A stretch of DNA of 64,000 bases from Geosiphon pyriformis uo1 (lineage: Eukaryota; Fungi; Glomeromycota), in NCBI GenBank assembly GCA_016748015.1, contig JAAOMT010000135.1, positions 434,001 through 498,000 on the forward strand, written 5' to 3'. Below are positions 48,579 through 60,899 of the stretch, one piece after another. The notes beneath the pieces are model-generated. The model did no database searches. It saw nothing but the letters and a program-made list of their open reading frames with translations, and was not told where the DNA came from. Both the position numbers and the translations under genes were made by a program. Within the stretch, counting starts at the first letter, position 1. Each line of letters begins with the position of its first letter.

Positions 48579-49960
48579 TCAATTTGATGTGTTTGGTTCA
48601 ATAATTATAATTGGTTCCAAGTCTTATGGAATCTTATCTAGTTGAACCAATATTCTTTGTGCTTCCAGTTGTAGAATGTTACTGGTAGATGCTAATGTTA
48701 TGTTTTGATATAATTTCAGTTGATTTCTATGTGCTGCTTTGGTTAATATTTTATTGTTCAATCTTAATTTATAAGCTCTATTTTCTAGAATTTTTTCTAT
48801 GTGAAATAATTCATCTCATTTGGGGTCAAATTTTCTATTCCATTGTTTTTTCACTTTGATATGATGTAAAAATACTTTGTCTTTAATCCTAAATTTGACT
48901 GGTTTATCTAGTAATTGGTTATTGTGTTTTTTTTTTGTTTTTTTTGTGACTTTTGAATGTTATTAGCTGTTCTTTGCCATTTGTTTTCTAGTGTTTTCAT
49001 TAAGTCATATGTTCTTTTCAACAATGTTCTTTGAAAATTCTCTTCTGTTATTGGTTCTGTTGGATATGTTTTGATTTCTATCTCAACTAGTAATGTTGTT
49101 GTTTTACCATATACTAATTCAAATGGTGTTGTTTGTGTGGTGTCTTGCTTTATTGTTTTGTAAGCAAATAATACTGCTGATATAAACAAATCCCATTTGT
49201 CTTGGTTTTTTTGGCTGATCTTGGCTATTGTTTTACACAGTGTTTTGTTAAACCTTTCAACTAACCTATTTGTTTGTGAATAGTATAGTGATGATAATAG
49301 TCTTTTTATCCCAAATTTTTGACTTAACTCTGCCAATATTCTATTCACAAAGTAAGTTTTTTGATCTGATAGTAGTTCTTTTAGACATCTGTGTTGACAA
49401 ATCAAATCTTGATAAATGAATTCGGCAACAGATTCTGTATCTGCTCTTTGAATGGCTTTTGTTTTTGGCCATTTAGTAAAATAATCTATAGCTACTGCAA
49501 TATATCTGTTGCCTCTGCTAGTGATTGTTAATGGTCCAACTAAGTCAATTTCAATATGATCAAATAGTTGTCTTACTTTGATTGGTCTTAATGGTTTACT
49601 GAATTTTGTTTCTCCTTTTTTCTAACAAGCATTACAATTTTGAACATATTAGATGATATTTAGATATATTAATGGCCAATAGTATTTTTTTCTGGTTTTT
49701 TCTATGGTTGCTTTTTTGTGAAAATATCCTGCTGTTAGATTTGAATGCATGTTGAATAATATTGTTTTTTTTTCTGGTTCTGTGATTACTCAGGTTGGTT
49801 AATCTAGATTTCTTTTGTTCTTTTAATAAAGTATATTTTGATGGTTGATAAAATATTTTGATTGCTGTTTTATGTTGTTTTGTTCTTTTTGAGATAATTT
49901 TTCCTTGAACAGTTGGGTATTTATATAATGTTAGAGTTGTTAGTATTTTTGTATATTTAT
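48579..49960 (-). pseudogene. B3 integrase, separate ORF
   Basis: ORF 48908 contains the DDE core; start decayed to ATA 31 nt after the RNase H stop. Confidence 0.85.
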
Positions 49961-49991
49961 TTTTTTGTTATATTTTTGGGTTGAAATGTTT

Positions 49992-52900
49992 TTAGATTTG
50001 TCTCATTTGTGACAAGCCATTAGCATTTCTGTTTTCTTTTTCTTTTTTGTAATATACTGTATAATTAAATAGTGAAAGTTCTATTTTCCATCTGGTGTGG
50101 CAATCATCTCCAAATTTTTGCTTCTGGATTGAAGTTAATCTTTTGTGATCAGTGTACACATTAAACTTTTGACTCAAGTATTCTTTCCATTTGATGACAG
50201 CCTAATAGATAGCTAAGTGTTCTAGTGCTGGAATTCCATAGTTCTTTTCAGCTGGACTTAAGCTTCTATTGGCATAAGCTATTGGGTGTTTCTGTCCATC
50301 CAGTTTTTTCTGAAATAGTACTGCTCTCAAAGCTTGGCCCAATACATTAGTGGTAATAATGAATGGTTTGCTGTGGTTTGGATAGATTAATATTGGAGCT
50401 TGAATAAGTTTTCTTCTCAGTGTGTCAAAAGCTTTTTGTTGAATTTCAGTTCATTCGTATTTGGTGTTCTTTGTTTGAAGTTGATGTAGTGATTAGGTTA
50501 TTTTGAAAAAGTCTTTAATAAAACAGCAGTAGTACTCAGTGAATCCCAAAAATGCTTTTAATTCTGTAAGATTATTTGGTACTGAAAAGTTCTTAACAAT
50601 CTCAATCTTATCTGGATCTATTTTGATACTATCTTTGCTTACAACATGTCCCAAAAACTTGAATTCTGTTTTGCCAAAGAAACATTTGTTGGCATTTAAT
50701 TTTAATCTTACTTATCTGAATTTTTTAAATACTTGTTAGAGATAATGCAGATAATTATCAAATGTTTTTGAGAACACATTGGTGTCATTCAAGTATATGA
50801 CTACTGATTTTTATAATAGCCCAGTATAAACAATTTCCATAAGCCATTGGAATATGGCTGGAGCATTCATCAAGCCAAATGGCATAACCTCGAATTTAAA
50901 ATTCCCTTCTCATGTTATAAAAGCTGTTTTTTCTTTATCTTCTGGTTTTATGGCTACTTGCCAATAACCACTGTTCAAGTCTAAAGTTAAAAACCATTTC
51001 TTTCCTCCAAAAGCATTAAACAGTTCTTGGATCTTTGAAGTTGAGTAACTATCTTCTTTGGTTGCTCCATTCAGCTTTCAGTAATTCACACAAAAGCAGA
51101 TTTTTCTATTTTTCTTATGAACTAATACCACTGGTGATGACCATGAACTCATTGATAGCTGAATTAGCCCATTATTAAGCATTTGATTGATTTCTTGATA
51201 AATGATCTCATGGCTGGTTGGTAGTATTTTGTATGCTCTTTGTTTGATTGGCATTATGTCTCTAGTTTTTATCTGATGCTGGATTATGTCAGTTCTGCCA
51301 AATTTGTTTTCACTGGCAAAAATGTCATTGAAATTGTTGAGTAATATTTTCAGCTGCATATGTTGTAGTAGATCTAGATTTTTCAAGTTTATCTGTTCTA
51401 ATTGTTTTAGTTGAAGCAGATAACATTCTTTTTATCTATATATTGTTTGAGATGTGATATCTACATATTTGCACAATTGTGGAAAGTCTGAAATGGCATT
51501 TAGTAATTGGTTTTCAATTTTGGTGTCTAAGTATTCAATAATGGTTTCTTTTGGTATCTTAATAACATTTTTAGTGTTGTTATAAATGGGAATTTTAATG
51601 TGTTTGTGGTTTTTGGCTGGTATGTGTAGATTAACTAATTCAATTTTTTTTGATTCACAAAGTGTTGCTTCTGCCTCAAAAATCTGTACCTGATCTTTTA
51701 CTTTCCTCTCTATGACTAACATGTATTGGTTATATAGTGGAATAAAAATTGATTGATGGGTGGAGATAATTTCTCTCTTGTTAATAACTTCTTCTTCTGT
51801 TATATTAATTGGTACTTCTATTCTACTTATTAATCCAAATCCCTATATCTCTCTTGCTATAATCCCTAATTTTTTCTTATTTTTCACTGAGATTAACTAA
51901 GCTATTTTAACCAGAGGTAGAAATATTGCCTATGCTACCTTTTCATTTGGCTCTATAATATAGGCCTTTTCTGAGTTATTTTGTAGTATTGCAATAATAT
52001 TTCTCATATATCCTGTGTTAATTATTTTTCTTCTAATATTGATTCCCTTTTTTACTAAAATATTCTTAGATACTAGTTGAACCATTGTTGTTGCTAGAAT
52101 TTCCAGTGCTATCTTCAGATCAATACAGGTGCATGAACAAGATTCCAATTTGATGGCTTCTTTTCTGAGATATCTTAAATTAAACCTTGTATCTGTATCA
52201 TGTGCATGTTTTGGTATAATGTCTTTATTGTTGTTACTATACCATCTGAGTTCCTGTTTTTTGAAAAGATCAAAAAGCACAATGTATGTTTTAGGATTTG
52301 AATTGGAATCTGAATCACTATTATTTTTCTTGCCATATTGAGCAGAGCTAGAACTATTGTTTTTGTCATTATTATTGTCAGAGTTTAAATCAGGATTGTA
52401 AATTGATTTCAATTCTGATGTACAGCTGCTAATTGGTTCTTCTTCCTCTGGAATTGTGTAGATCATGTATAATGGTAGATTGTAAATAAGGTCACACTTA
52501 TTACAATATTGAAAGTCACAAGGAATCAAATAATAGTCACATAGTTAAGTGTTTAGTTGGGCTAAACATTGTTCTTGCTCTTCTCTGATTGGTACTAAGT
52601 TTTGGTAGTGCTCATGGAATTGCTTAGGATTATTCTCAACATTGTCAAAAATGTCAAAAGTTAAGATGTATTCAGGTTTTGGAAATGATAAGGAATTGTT
52701 TTTGATTTTCAGTAGTTCATTGGTTATCATGCCTTCTACTTTTGCACTTGTCATTCTCTATATTTCGTGTTTGTCATGGGAATATCCTTTCAATCATTGC
52801 AATACTTATTTCCAGATGTCATCAATTAGTGTTTTTTTGCATACCCAGTTGTTGATTAGGATCATATATTGACATGTTTTATCGCACATTTTTCCATGCC

Positions 52901-55900
52901 CAGGAATGTTATTCCATATTTCTTTGTTGGGCAAATGGTTTTACATGTAAGACATGATTTGTTGTTCTATTTTCCTTGTTATTTTGGTCATTCAAAACAT
53001 TCTATAATGCATGGGCAATAATAGAATCTTGTTGCTGTGTAGTATTTCTCGTCATCACTACAGCATGCACCTATTGATGACAATTTTTTGCCACAATCAA
53101 CACATATAAGCTTTGGTCAGCAATAAGTGGATTATTGTGGTGTAGTGTAGATATAGAAATTATAAGTGATGGTGCTAATAGATGTTGTTTTTTCTTCTTT
53201 TTCTTTTTTTTTTCCCTTGTCAGTTTCTTCCTAATCCCAAGTTGATAATTTGTTCAGGTTATTGTTAGTTCTTTAAGCTTGGTTAGCATTCCAGATAAGT
53301 TCTTTTTTTTGTTTTCCTTTTTTATTGTCATCTCAGGGGAGTATTGGCAGTAATTTATTGTGGTTATCTTCAGCTTATAACACTTGATAGGCTTTCCAGG
53401 TAGGTTTTTTCTCTTTTTCTTCAAACTCGATGAATGATGCTGACATGTTGGTGGTCTTGAAATGGCCACATGTGACTGGTATACATGTATGTTGACTGTT
53501 TTGGCTAAGTTAAAGCTCTTGCATGTTCCAATCAAGCATTGCATTGGTTTTAAACAGCCAATTGTTACCAATAAGTGCTTGGTATTAAGTGGCTTCTATG
53601 ATTAATATCTTGATTGGCACAATGATACTATTGATTTCTATAGAAAAGTCATTAATCTTGCTGATCAGAGTTTTGGTCGTTCTATTAGCAGTAATGATAT
53701 ATGCGCTGGCAGCTCAATTATCTTGGCAACCTAATTGGTCCATGAGTTGTTTTGTGATGATGCTGCCAGTTAATTCACTATCTAAGATCAGTTTGATAGA
53801 GTAGCTATTAACTTTGACATTAATATACATGACAGTAATAGGTTTTTCTTCAAGAGCAGCTTCACTAAATAACAGCATAATTGACAGTTCCTCAAGTTCA
53901 AATGGGAAGATGGTGTCCAGTGATTTTGTTTTTGGTAATAATAGCTATTAGAATATTGTTAGTAGATATTAGAGTGTGATTGGTTTTCTGGTTGTTGGAT
54001 AGAGTGTCTTCTGGAGTTACCAAAAAACTTAAATAGTTCTAAGAATTCGGGTTTTGGGTATATCCAACTCCCAAATTCCACTGGCATAATCCTAATGAAT
54101 TTGATGAACTGAAGATCAGTTGGTGAACCACCATTGCTGATATTCAGTTTTGGATGACTCTAGATCTGGGGTTTCCTGATGTAGTGTTTGAAGTTGTCAA
54201 GATTAATAAATTACTGATAACTATAATTAATATATTACTTGTGGCTGCAGTTGATAAACTAAAGATTAATATATGGGTGGTTGATAAATAGGCTGCTGTA
54301 TTATTAACAGGTAAGTGGATTAATATTGATCTTGATTTGTATAATAATTCAGCATTTGAAGTTTGCAATTGGGATTTCTATATTGATTTTTCAATTATAT
54401 GTTACTATAAGAATGGCAGTTAGCTTGGATATGGTCTTGTTTACCACAGTTGTGGCAGACATATGTTTCTGGCTGCCATGGCTGATTGGATAATAAGGAT
54501 GGACATGGCTGATTTTGAAAATGGTTTATGTTTCTTTAATTACTGTATCATTGTAGAGGTTGATAGATTGTCTAATTATTGTTAGCTAAGTATTCTTTGA
54601 TTTTCTGATTGATTGAATTGCTGAAGTGCTTCAGTTTGGAATTTAGGTCAGATAATCTATTCATTACTAAATTTACAGCTTGGGCATAATTGGCCTCTAA
54701 TTCAACTGACTCAAAATCTCTGGTGTGTGTGACTGCATCTTGTAAAATAACTGGATGCATTGGGTGTATGCATTGTAGGATGTTGTTGCATAATTTGCAA
54801 ATAACTGATTCAAGATCTGCACTACCATAAAATAATCGGTGTTAATGGCTTGGATCTGGTGCAGATTCTTGTAAAAGCATCCTAAGTAAATAGTAACTGC
54901 TTCTGTGTCTCCTTGTTTTATAATAGTAAAGGTACTTATTAAGTGATTGATGCTGTTATTATTACTGAAGTATCATAAGAATTCTAATTTGAATGCATCA
55001 AAGTTTTGGGATTTCTGGACTAAGCTATAATACCATGAGTTGGTAGTATTCTTGAGAAAATATGGGATAACTTGCATTGTTCTGGTATCATTCCAGTTAT
55101 TGGCAGTAATGGTTTTAGTGATATCATTGATTTATGCTTGGGCATTATCTTCTTTACCAGAAAATTTTTTCAGCTTTATAATTGGTGCATATGTTATATG
55201 TTGTTATTGTTGTGATAGTGGTGGTGGTTGAAGTTGTTGTTGCAGCTATTGAAGTGGTTGTTGTGGTTGTTGTATTGGCTGATTGATCACAATTATTAAA
55301 GGTAAGTTTGGTTGAGTAATTAAATCAGGATTTGGATTGTTCTGATTTTACAGTGGTTGAATATTTGGAGTTTCAACTTTTTGACTTCTAAAAATCAGGT
55401 TTTTCAGAGTTTAAATGTTTGGGGTTTTAACTTTTGGGTTTTCTAGGATCGGATTTTGGTAAGTAAATTTCTGATCCTCACTTTTTTCTTCTTTTAATTC
55501 TATTACTTCCCACAAACTCGTGGTTCTGAAATCTGGTTGAAGTAGTGGTAATCAAAATCCTAATGGCATGGGTGATCACAATTTAAATTCTTTAAAATAT
55601 TCACCATATGGTCTTAATAATTCTGCTTTTCTTTGTTTACTTTGAAATAGAAATTGTCCAAAGGTTGATGTTGTATTTGATGTGGACATGTCTGCTAAAG
55701 AGATATTGATGACACTTCCTGGTATATAATAGTATGATGGATTGGGTGGTGATTCAACTCTGGTTTTCTGTCAAGTAAGTGGTTGTAGCTTTTTGGGTGT
55801 TACTGCTGGTGTTTGTAATCTTTTTTTGTTTTTGTCTGCATAGGTAATAGGGAATTGTTGTTGAGTGTACCTTTCAATGGTTTAATTGATTTCTCTAATA

Positions 55901-56148
55901 ATTGGTATGAAACTATAGTTTCTTGGTAAGCTGGTATGTTGGAACAATTCTGTATAGAAATTTTTTCTTGCAGATTCAATGTCAACTGTTCCTCTTAAAC
56001 AGTCTGTGATTTTATCATTAATGTAAAAGTTAAAGACTGATTCTGTTGAGAAATAATTATTGTTTAATCTTAATTGTTGGCTGTACTGTTGAAACAAGGA
56101 TTTGGTAAATCTTAAATGGTTTGTTTTTATGATTTCTGATTCTGCCAC
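49992..56148 (-). pseudogene. gag-pol: B3 ORF1 (N-terminal domain, Gag, PR, Cys-rich, dUTPase, RT, RH)
   Basis: GTG at 56148 (VAESEII); fragments 54572, 52545, 51930, 51432, 51078 and 49992 are homologous to B1; natural stop MRQI*. Confidence 0.9.
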
Positions 56149-56210
56149 TTTTGGATTATTGTTGTTGGTGCTGGTTCTCTGTAAAATTATACCTTACAGA
56201 AAGCACCAAA

Positions 56211-57050
56211 TATTACAAATGATTATTTGGAGTCTTAAATCAAATAACAAAACTCGTAATTTGGTGTTCAAAAACTATTTGCAATGATAATGATTTGAAA
56301 GTATTGTTATCTGAAGGTTTTGGTTGAGTTTTTTGTATAATAGACAGAGATTCAATAGTTCTTTATCCATAGCTTTTCAGAATTACAATTCTGTCAATTT
56401 TTTTCTTTAGCTTAATGGCTGGCAATCCTCTGGTAAGTAATCCGTAATTTTTTATGTGCTCTATCCACTCACAGAGGTCTTTTATTAGGCAATCCTTGAT
56501 GTTAATAATTCAGTGCTTAATCCTTAATTAATTAGTAAACAACAAAGAAAAAAATATAAGAAAAATAAAGAAAAGATAAAAAAAATAAGCCAAAGTGATT
56601 TTGCAAATTAGTATTCCATTAATAACTGTGATCAAGAGCTATTGTTCTAGTGTGGTTAAATATTAATTATTATCAACATAAAGTGTTGATAATGAAAAGT
56701 GGATTGATATAATAAATAATTATTTATTGATTTTTGTGATGTAAAAGATTGCTTAGATCAAATCTAAACTAAGAGGTCTGTCTTTTTTTCTTCTAATGCT
56801 ACCATTATATATACATAATTAATGTTCTACAAAATTGCTCACATTTTCAAGTGATGTACTATGATTTTTTAAGCAATACTTATATTGCTAAGCAATGTGT
56901 CCTAATTTTCTAATATCACTCCATATTGCGGAGCAATGTGCCATGATTTCTGACATTGCTTCACATTGTTAAGCAATGTGTTCATGTGCTAACTACTACT
57001 CTCCTATTGGTTTACTATTTCTATATCTGTTTTTCTTTTTATGAGTAATA
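56211..57050 (-). repeat. B3 5' LTR
   Basis: Adjacent to the PBS; same length as the 3' LTR. Confidence 0.95.
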
Positions 57051-60000
57051 TTATCAACTACTAAGTAATTAAACACTACCTTTTAAAATAACTGATTCAA
57101 GACACTTCTGATTATTCTTTTTTTATTAGAACAAAAGTTTTCTATGTACTTACTTATAGCCTTTTTAATGAAATCATCTTTGGCAATCTTAAACTTATAA
57201 TACTTGAACTTACAGTACACTTTTTTAACTCTTGACATGCGATTCAAAACATTTTTCAATCTATTACTATTGTCAATCATAACATGTACTTTGAATGCTT
57301 TTTTTTATTTACAGCAGTCTAAGTATTAATAAAGCAGTCAGTTTCTGATCTCTGATTTAAACTTAAATTCTTTATGATTTTGGCCACTAGCAATTTCAAC
57401 TTAAAATACTTTGATGAAAACTTATTTCTTAACACTCAACTGCACTAAACTATAATCTAAAAAAAACTCTATTAATAGAGCTCATTACCATATCCTTTAG
57501 AATCTTTCACATAGCATCTAAGTTACCATAATTTTTCACACTATTGAATTCTACCAACTTATCTAAAAACTTGTTTAATAAGTACTTCCTAAACTTTAAC
57601 TATTTATTGACATCAGCATCTTTAATCTTGAACTTTTATCTGTCTTTATTAGCTTGCTTGTAGTTACTATTAAGGCAAGTGTCCAAAAAATCACTCAAGC
57701 CAACAGCAATTAATATTGTCTTGTAATTAGTACCAAAAAATTCAAATACATATTTGATCTTGTGATCAGTAGTTGCAAATACCAGATTCTGGTTCACAAA
57801 AATAAAATTAATGACCTTCTTAATACTTCTAGAATTGCTCCAAATAAGAGTCTTGTCCAATGAATGTTTAGTAAATAAGTTGATCAAACTCAAATTCACA
57901 CAAAACTTAAAACCTACACTCTTCTTAGATCCATTTTTATTGAAATCTTCACCCAAGACCACAAAACTCCTAAAGTTAACTGTCTTAACTATGAAAAAGT
58001 TAACTTTTGAAGCCATACTAAATTTGACCTTAGCAAAAACATCAGCATACAAACTAAGAATCATAACTAAAAGTTTACTTTTAAAAAAAAACCATACAGA
58101 AATAATACAACTGAGAATTTTTTCTACTTTAAAAATATGCCAAGCCAAAAAATTGTTTATAATAACTGCCATCCCAGCTCTGAAAAAATTTTTATTTAAA
58201 CCAGAAATAAAAATCCACATCTTATTAAACTTATTTATTATCTAGGAATTAGTACTAAATCTTAATTTTATTTCTGTAACAATTGAAATCATATTGCCCA
58301 AACTTTTATGCCAATAATCAATGTTCTTTTACTTAACAGAGATGTTAATATTTTTAACATTACAAGTAGCAATCTTTTACACCAGATCTGTTATTAAGAA
58401 GAAAAATCTTTTACACCCAAACCAAAATTGTTTATCTTGGCTATTAGACCTATAACTATAGTTGACAAATCATTTATGTTTTTTTTTAGCTTTAATACAA
58501 CTAACTTATTAAGAACTATTGCTCCTATAACAGATTTATTACTAGTGGCTGCATCTAAACTCTTATTTGTTACTATATCTGCTCTTTAATTTTGTAATAA
58601 AAGAATTATTAATAACTAATATTTAGGATTAGACTAGGAAATCATTGGTCTAAATACATTCAATCTCTTAGCCAGCTTATTAATTTGCTCTGCAAGACTG
58701 TTAAGACTGTATTCAAGAGTGGTAAACCTATTATATATATTCACAAAAACCAGCAAAAGAGACTTTATCTCCAAAAAAGAGCCAGAATTCAATAAACTAT
58801 TATGTACAAGAAGAGAAAAAAAAGACTCACCAACAATTTTAGCCAAAGAAATACTACTAAAGACTATTAAACAAGCAATAAATACTAAGTGTTTGGCATA
58901 GATGGTAGCCAATCTGTTTTTATCTATGTTTGACAATATTTTATAAGAAGAATGACCAAAGAAAAAATTTTTATTCACAAACAGCCCAATGATATATGAC
59001 TCAGATTTCCATATTTCACATATTTGGTAGATCTTAGATGAAACCAGTATAGATTAATATCTCTAGTGTAATTATTATAACAACATCCAATGATTTAGCA
59101 AAGTCAAAGCAAACAACTATATATCTGATCTGAGTATATATAACTAGATAATAGTCAATGATGTATGTTTTTTCATTTACTAAAATGATGTAATCTTAAA
59201 TATTATATGTATTAGTTCCTATTGACAGAGTATATAATAGTGCCCTATTACAGTTTCTTATATTCCATAATTTTTTGTTCTTATTAGCTCTAACAATGCA
59301 CACAATATCTTTCTTAATTAAGACAAATTATTTAGCAACAACCAAATCAATAGGATCTGATTGCTCAAATTCTATTACAGCCTTTTGCCACAGCCTCACC
59401 AATTGTATGTTGATTGACTTAATTATTCCAAACTCAGATAGTGCAGCATGTACAGTCTCAATTGATGTTCTAATTAGGATTTTTTTTATAATTACAGCTT
59501 AATCTGAACATTTAAGAAACTTTTTAAGATTAATGTTTACCAAGATCATTGTATTCTTTACCATATTAAAAGCCTGAGCCAAGCTTAATTCGGAAGTAAA
59601 TATTACTCTAATAATTTCAGCAAATTTTAAAAGGATAGAAGTCTTTCTTAAAACTATTAATTTTTGAAAACAACTTTTTAATTACCACAAGCTTCTCTTA
59701 AAAAGACTTTTCAACAACTTTGTTCATACCAATATCTAAAGTAAATGATTTTTTAACAGACATATTAACTAAATTTTTAAGTGATAGAAGGAAAAACATG
59801 GAGGCATTTAAAAAATGTTATTATTATCTATATCCAAAAAGTCAATTTTTTCCAGAGATATACCCAGAGCTTTTTTTATTATCAATCTTAGCCTTTTTAA
59901 TATTTGACCAGAATTATCATCATTAAACATATTTCTTTTATCATAATTTATACTAGTTTCTTTCACTAGAAATTTTCTTTTTATATTGATACTATTAGAT

Positions 60001-60899
60001 TTAATTGTATTATTATTATTAAAAGCCCAAGACACTCCAACCAATTTTTTTAAAAAAACTATCTTACTAACAATATCATCCTTCAAAACATCTCTTTTTT
60101 TTTCTTTCTGAAAACAACATTTTTGTTTTTAGTATTAGAACCAAAGCTTTTAACAGATTTCTTCATAATAGCAATACTGCAGCTAATAATAACTTTGTAA
60201 TCAAGCAAAAATAGTTTGAATTTATTGTACTGAATGGTAAAAAACTTTTTTCAAAAAACTTAATAACTCTTTTTTAGAAATTTAGGATAAAAAAAAGAAG
60301 TTTTTAATTATAATATTAATTATTTAAATCTAAATCTAAATTAATAAATACTTATTTATCTTTTAAATTAAAGATATCTAATATTTTAATTTTATTAAAA
60401 TAATTTGTTAAAAAAAACAGTTAATTAAAAAATTCCAACTTGTTTTAAAATATTTACAAATTAATTTATTAATTTAATTAATAATTAATTTGTAATTTTT
60501 TAAATATAAATAAAAGTTTAATTGAATTTATTTTAGTTTTTTAAATAAATTAATATTAGTTAAACTGTATTTATTAAACATATAATAAAAAATAAAAATT
60601 TAATATAATAAAAAAAACATTTTTTTTTCTTATTTTTATAATTACAATTAAAATAAAAAGTAAAAAAGTTTCAAATATTATTTTTTCTATAGTAATTAAT
60701 AACAATTCAACAAAAAAAAATCTTTCTATTATTAAAACAACTAAGCAAAATATCTTAACAATGTTTTTTTTAAATATTAGTAGTAAAAAACCGTCTTTAA
60801 TGATTTTTAAAACATTTTTTTTATCTTTGACTAAGGGTTTTTTTTCAGTTAAAGTTCTTTCTAAAAAATATATATAGATTAATTAGTGTTGTTTTTACT

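Larger units (their letters stand above)
47036..57050 (-). mobile_element. Full-length element B3 (10015 bp), TSD TTAT
   Basis: 840-bp LTRs 47036-47875 and 56211-57050; TTAT at 47032-47035 and 57051-57054; PBS at ~56192-56208; PPT at ~47879-47890. Confidence 0.96.
44647..60300 (-). mobile_element. Degenerate LINE copy 2: 5' UTR, ORF1, ORF2 (APE-RT-RNase H); interrupted by B3; 3'-truncated in RNase H
   Basis: ORF1 ATG at 60166; ORF2 at ~58394 (KIATCNVK); GEDFN; RT remnants NIYKA*DSV (~46400), LD*GE (~46245), AFVDNIIW (~46075), YLGI; RNase H VYMNG/ELQAI/FTNSQ (44718-45017). The 5' boundary is approximate. Confidence 0.85.
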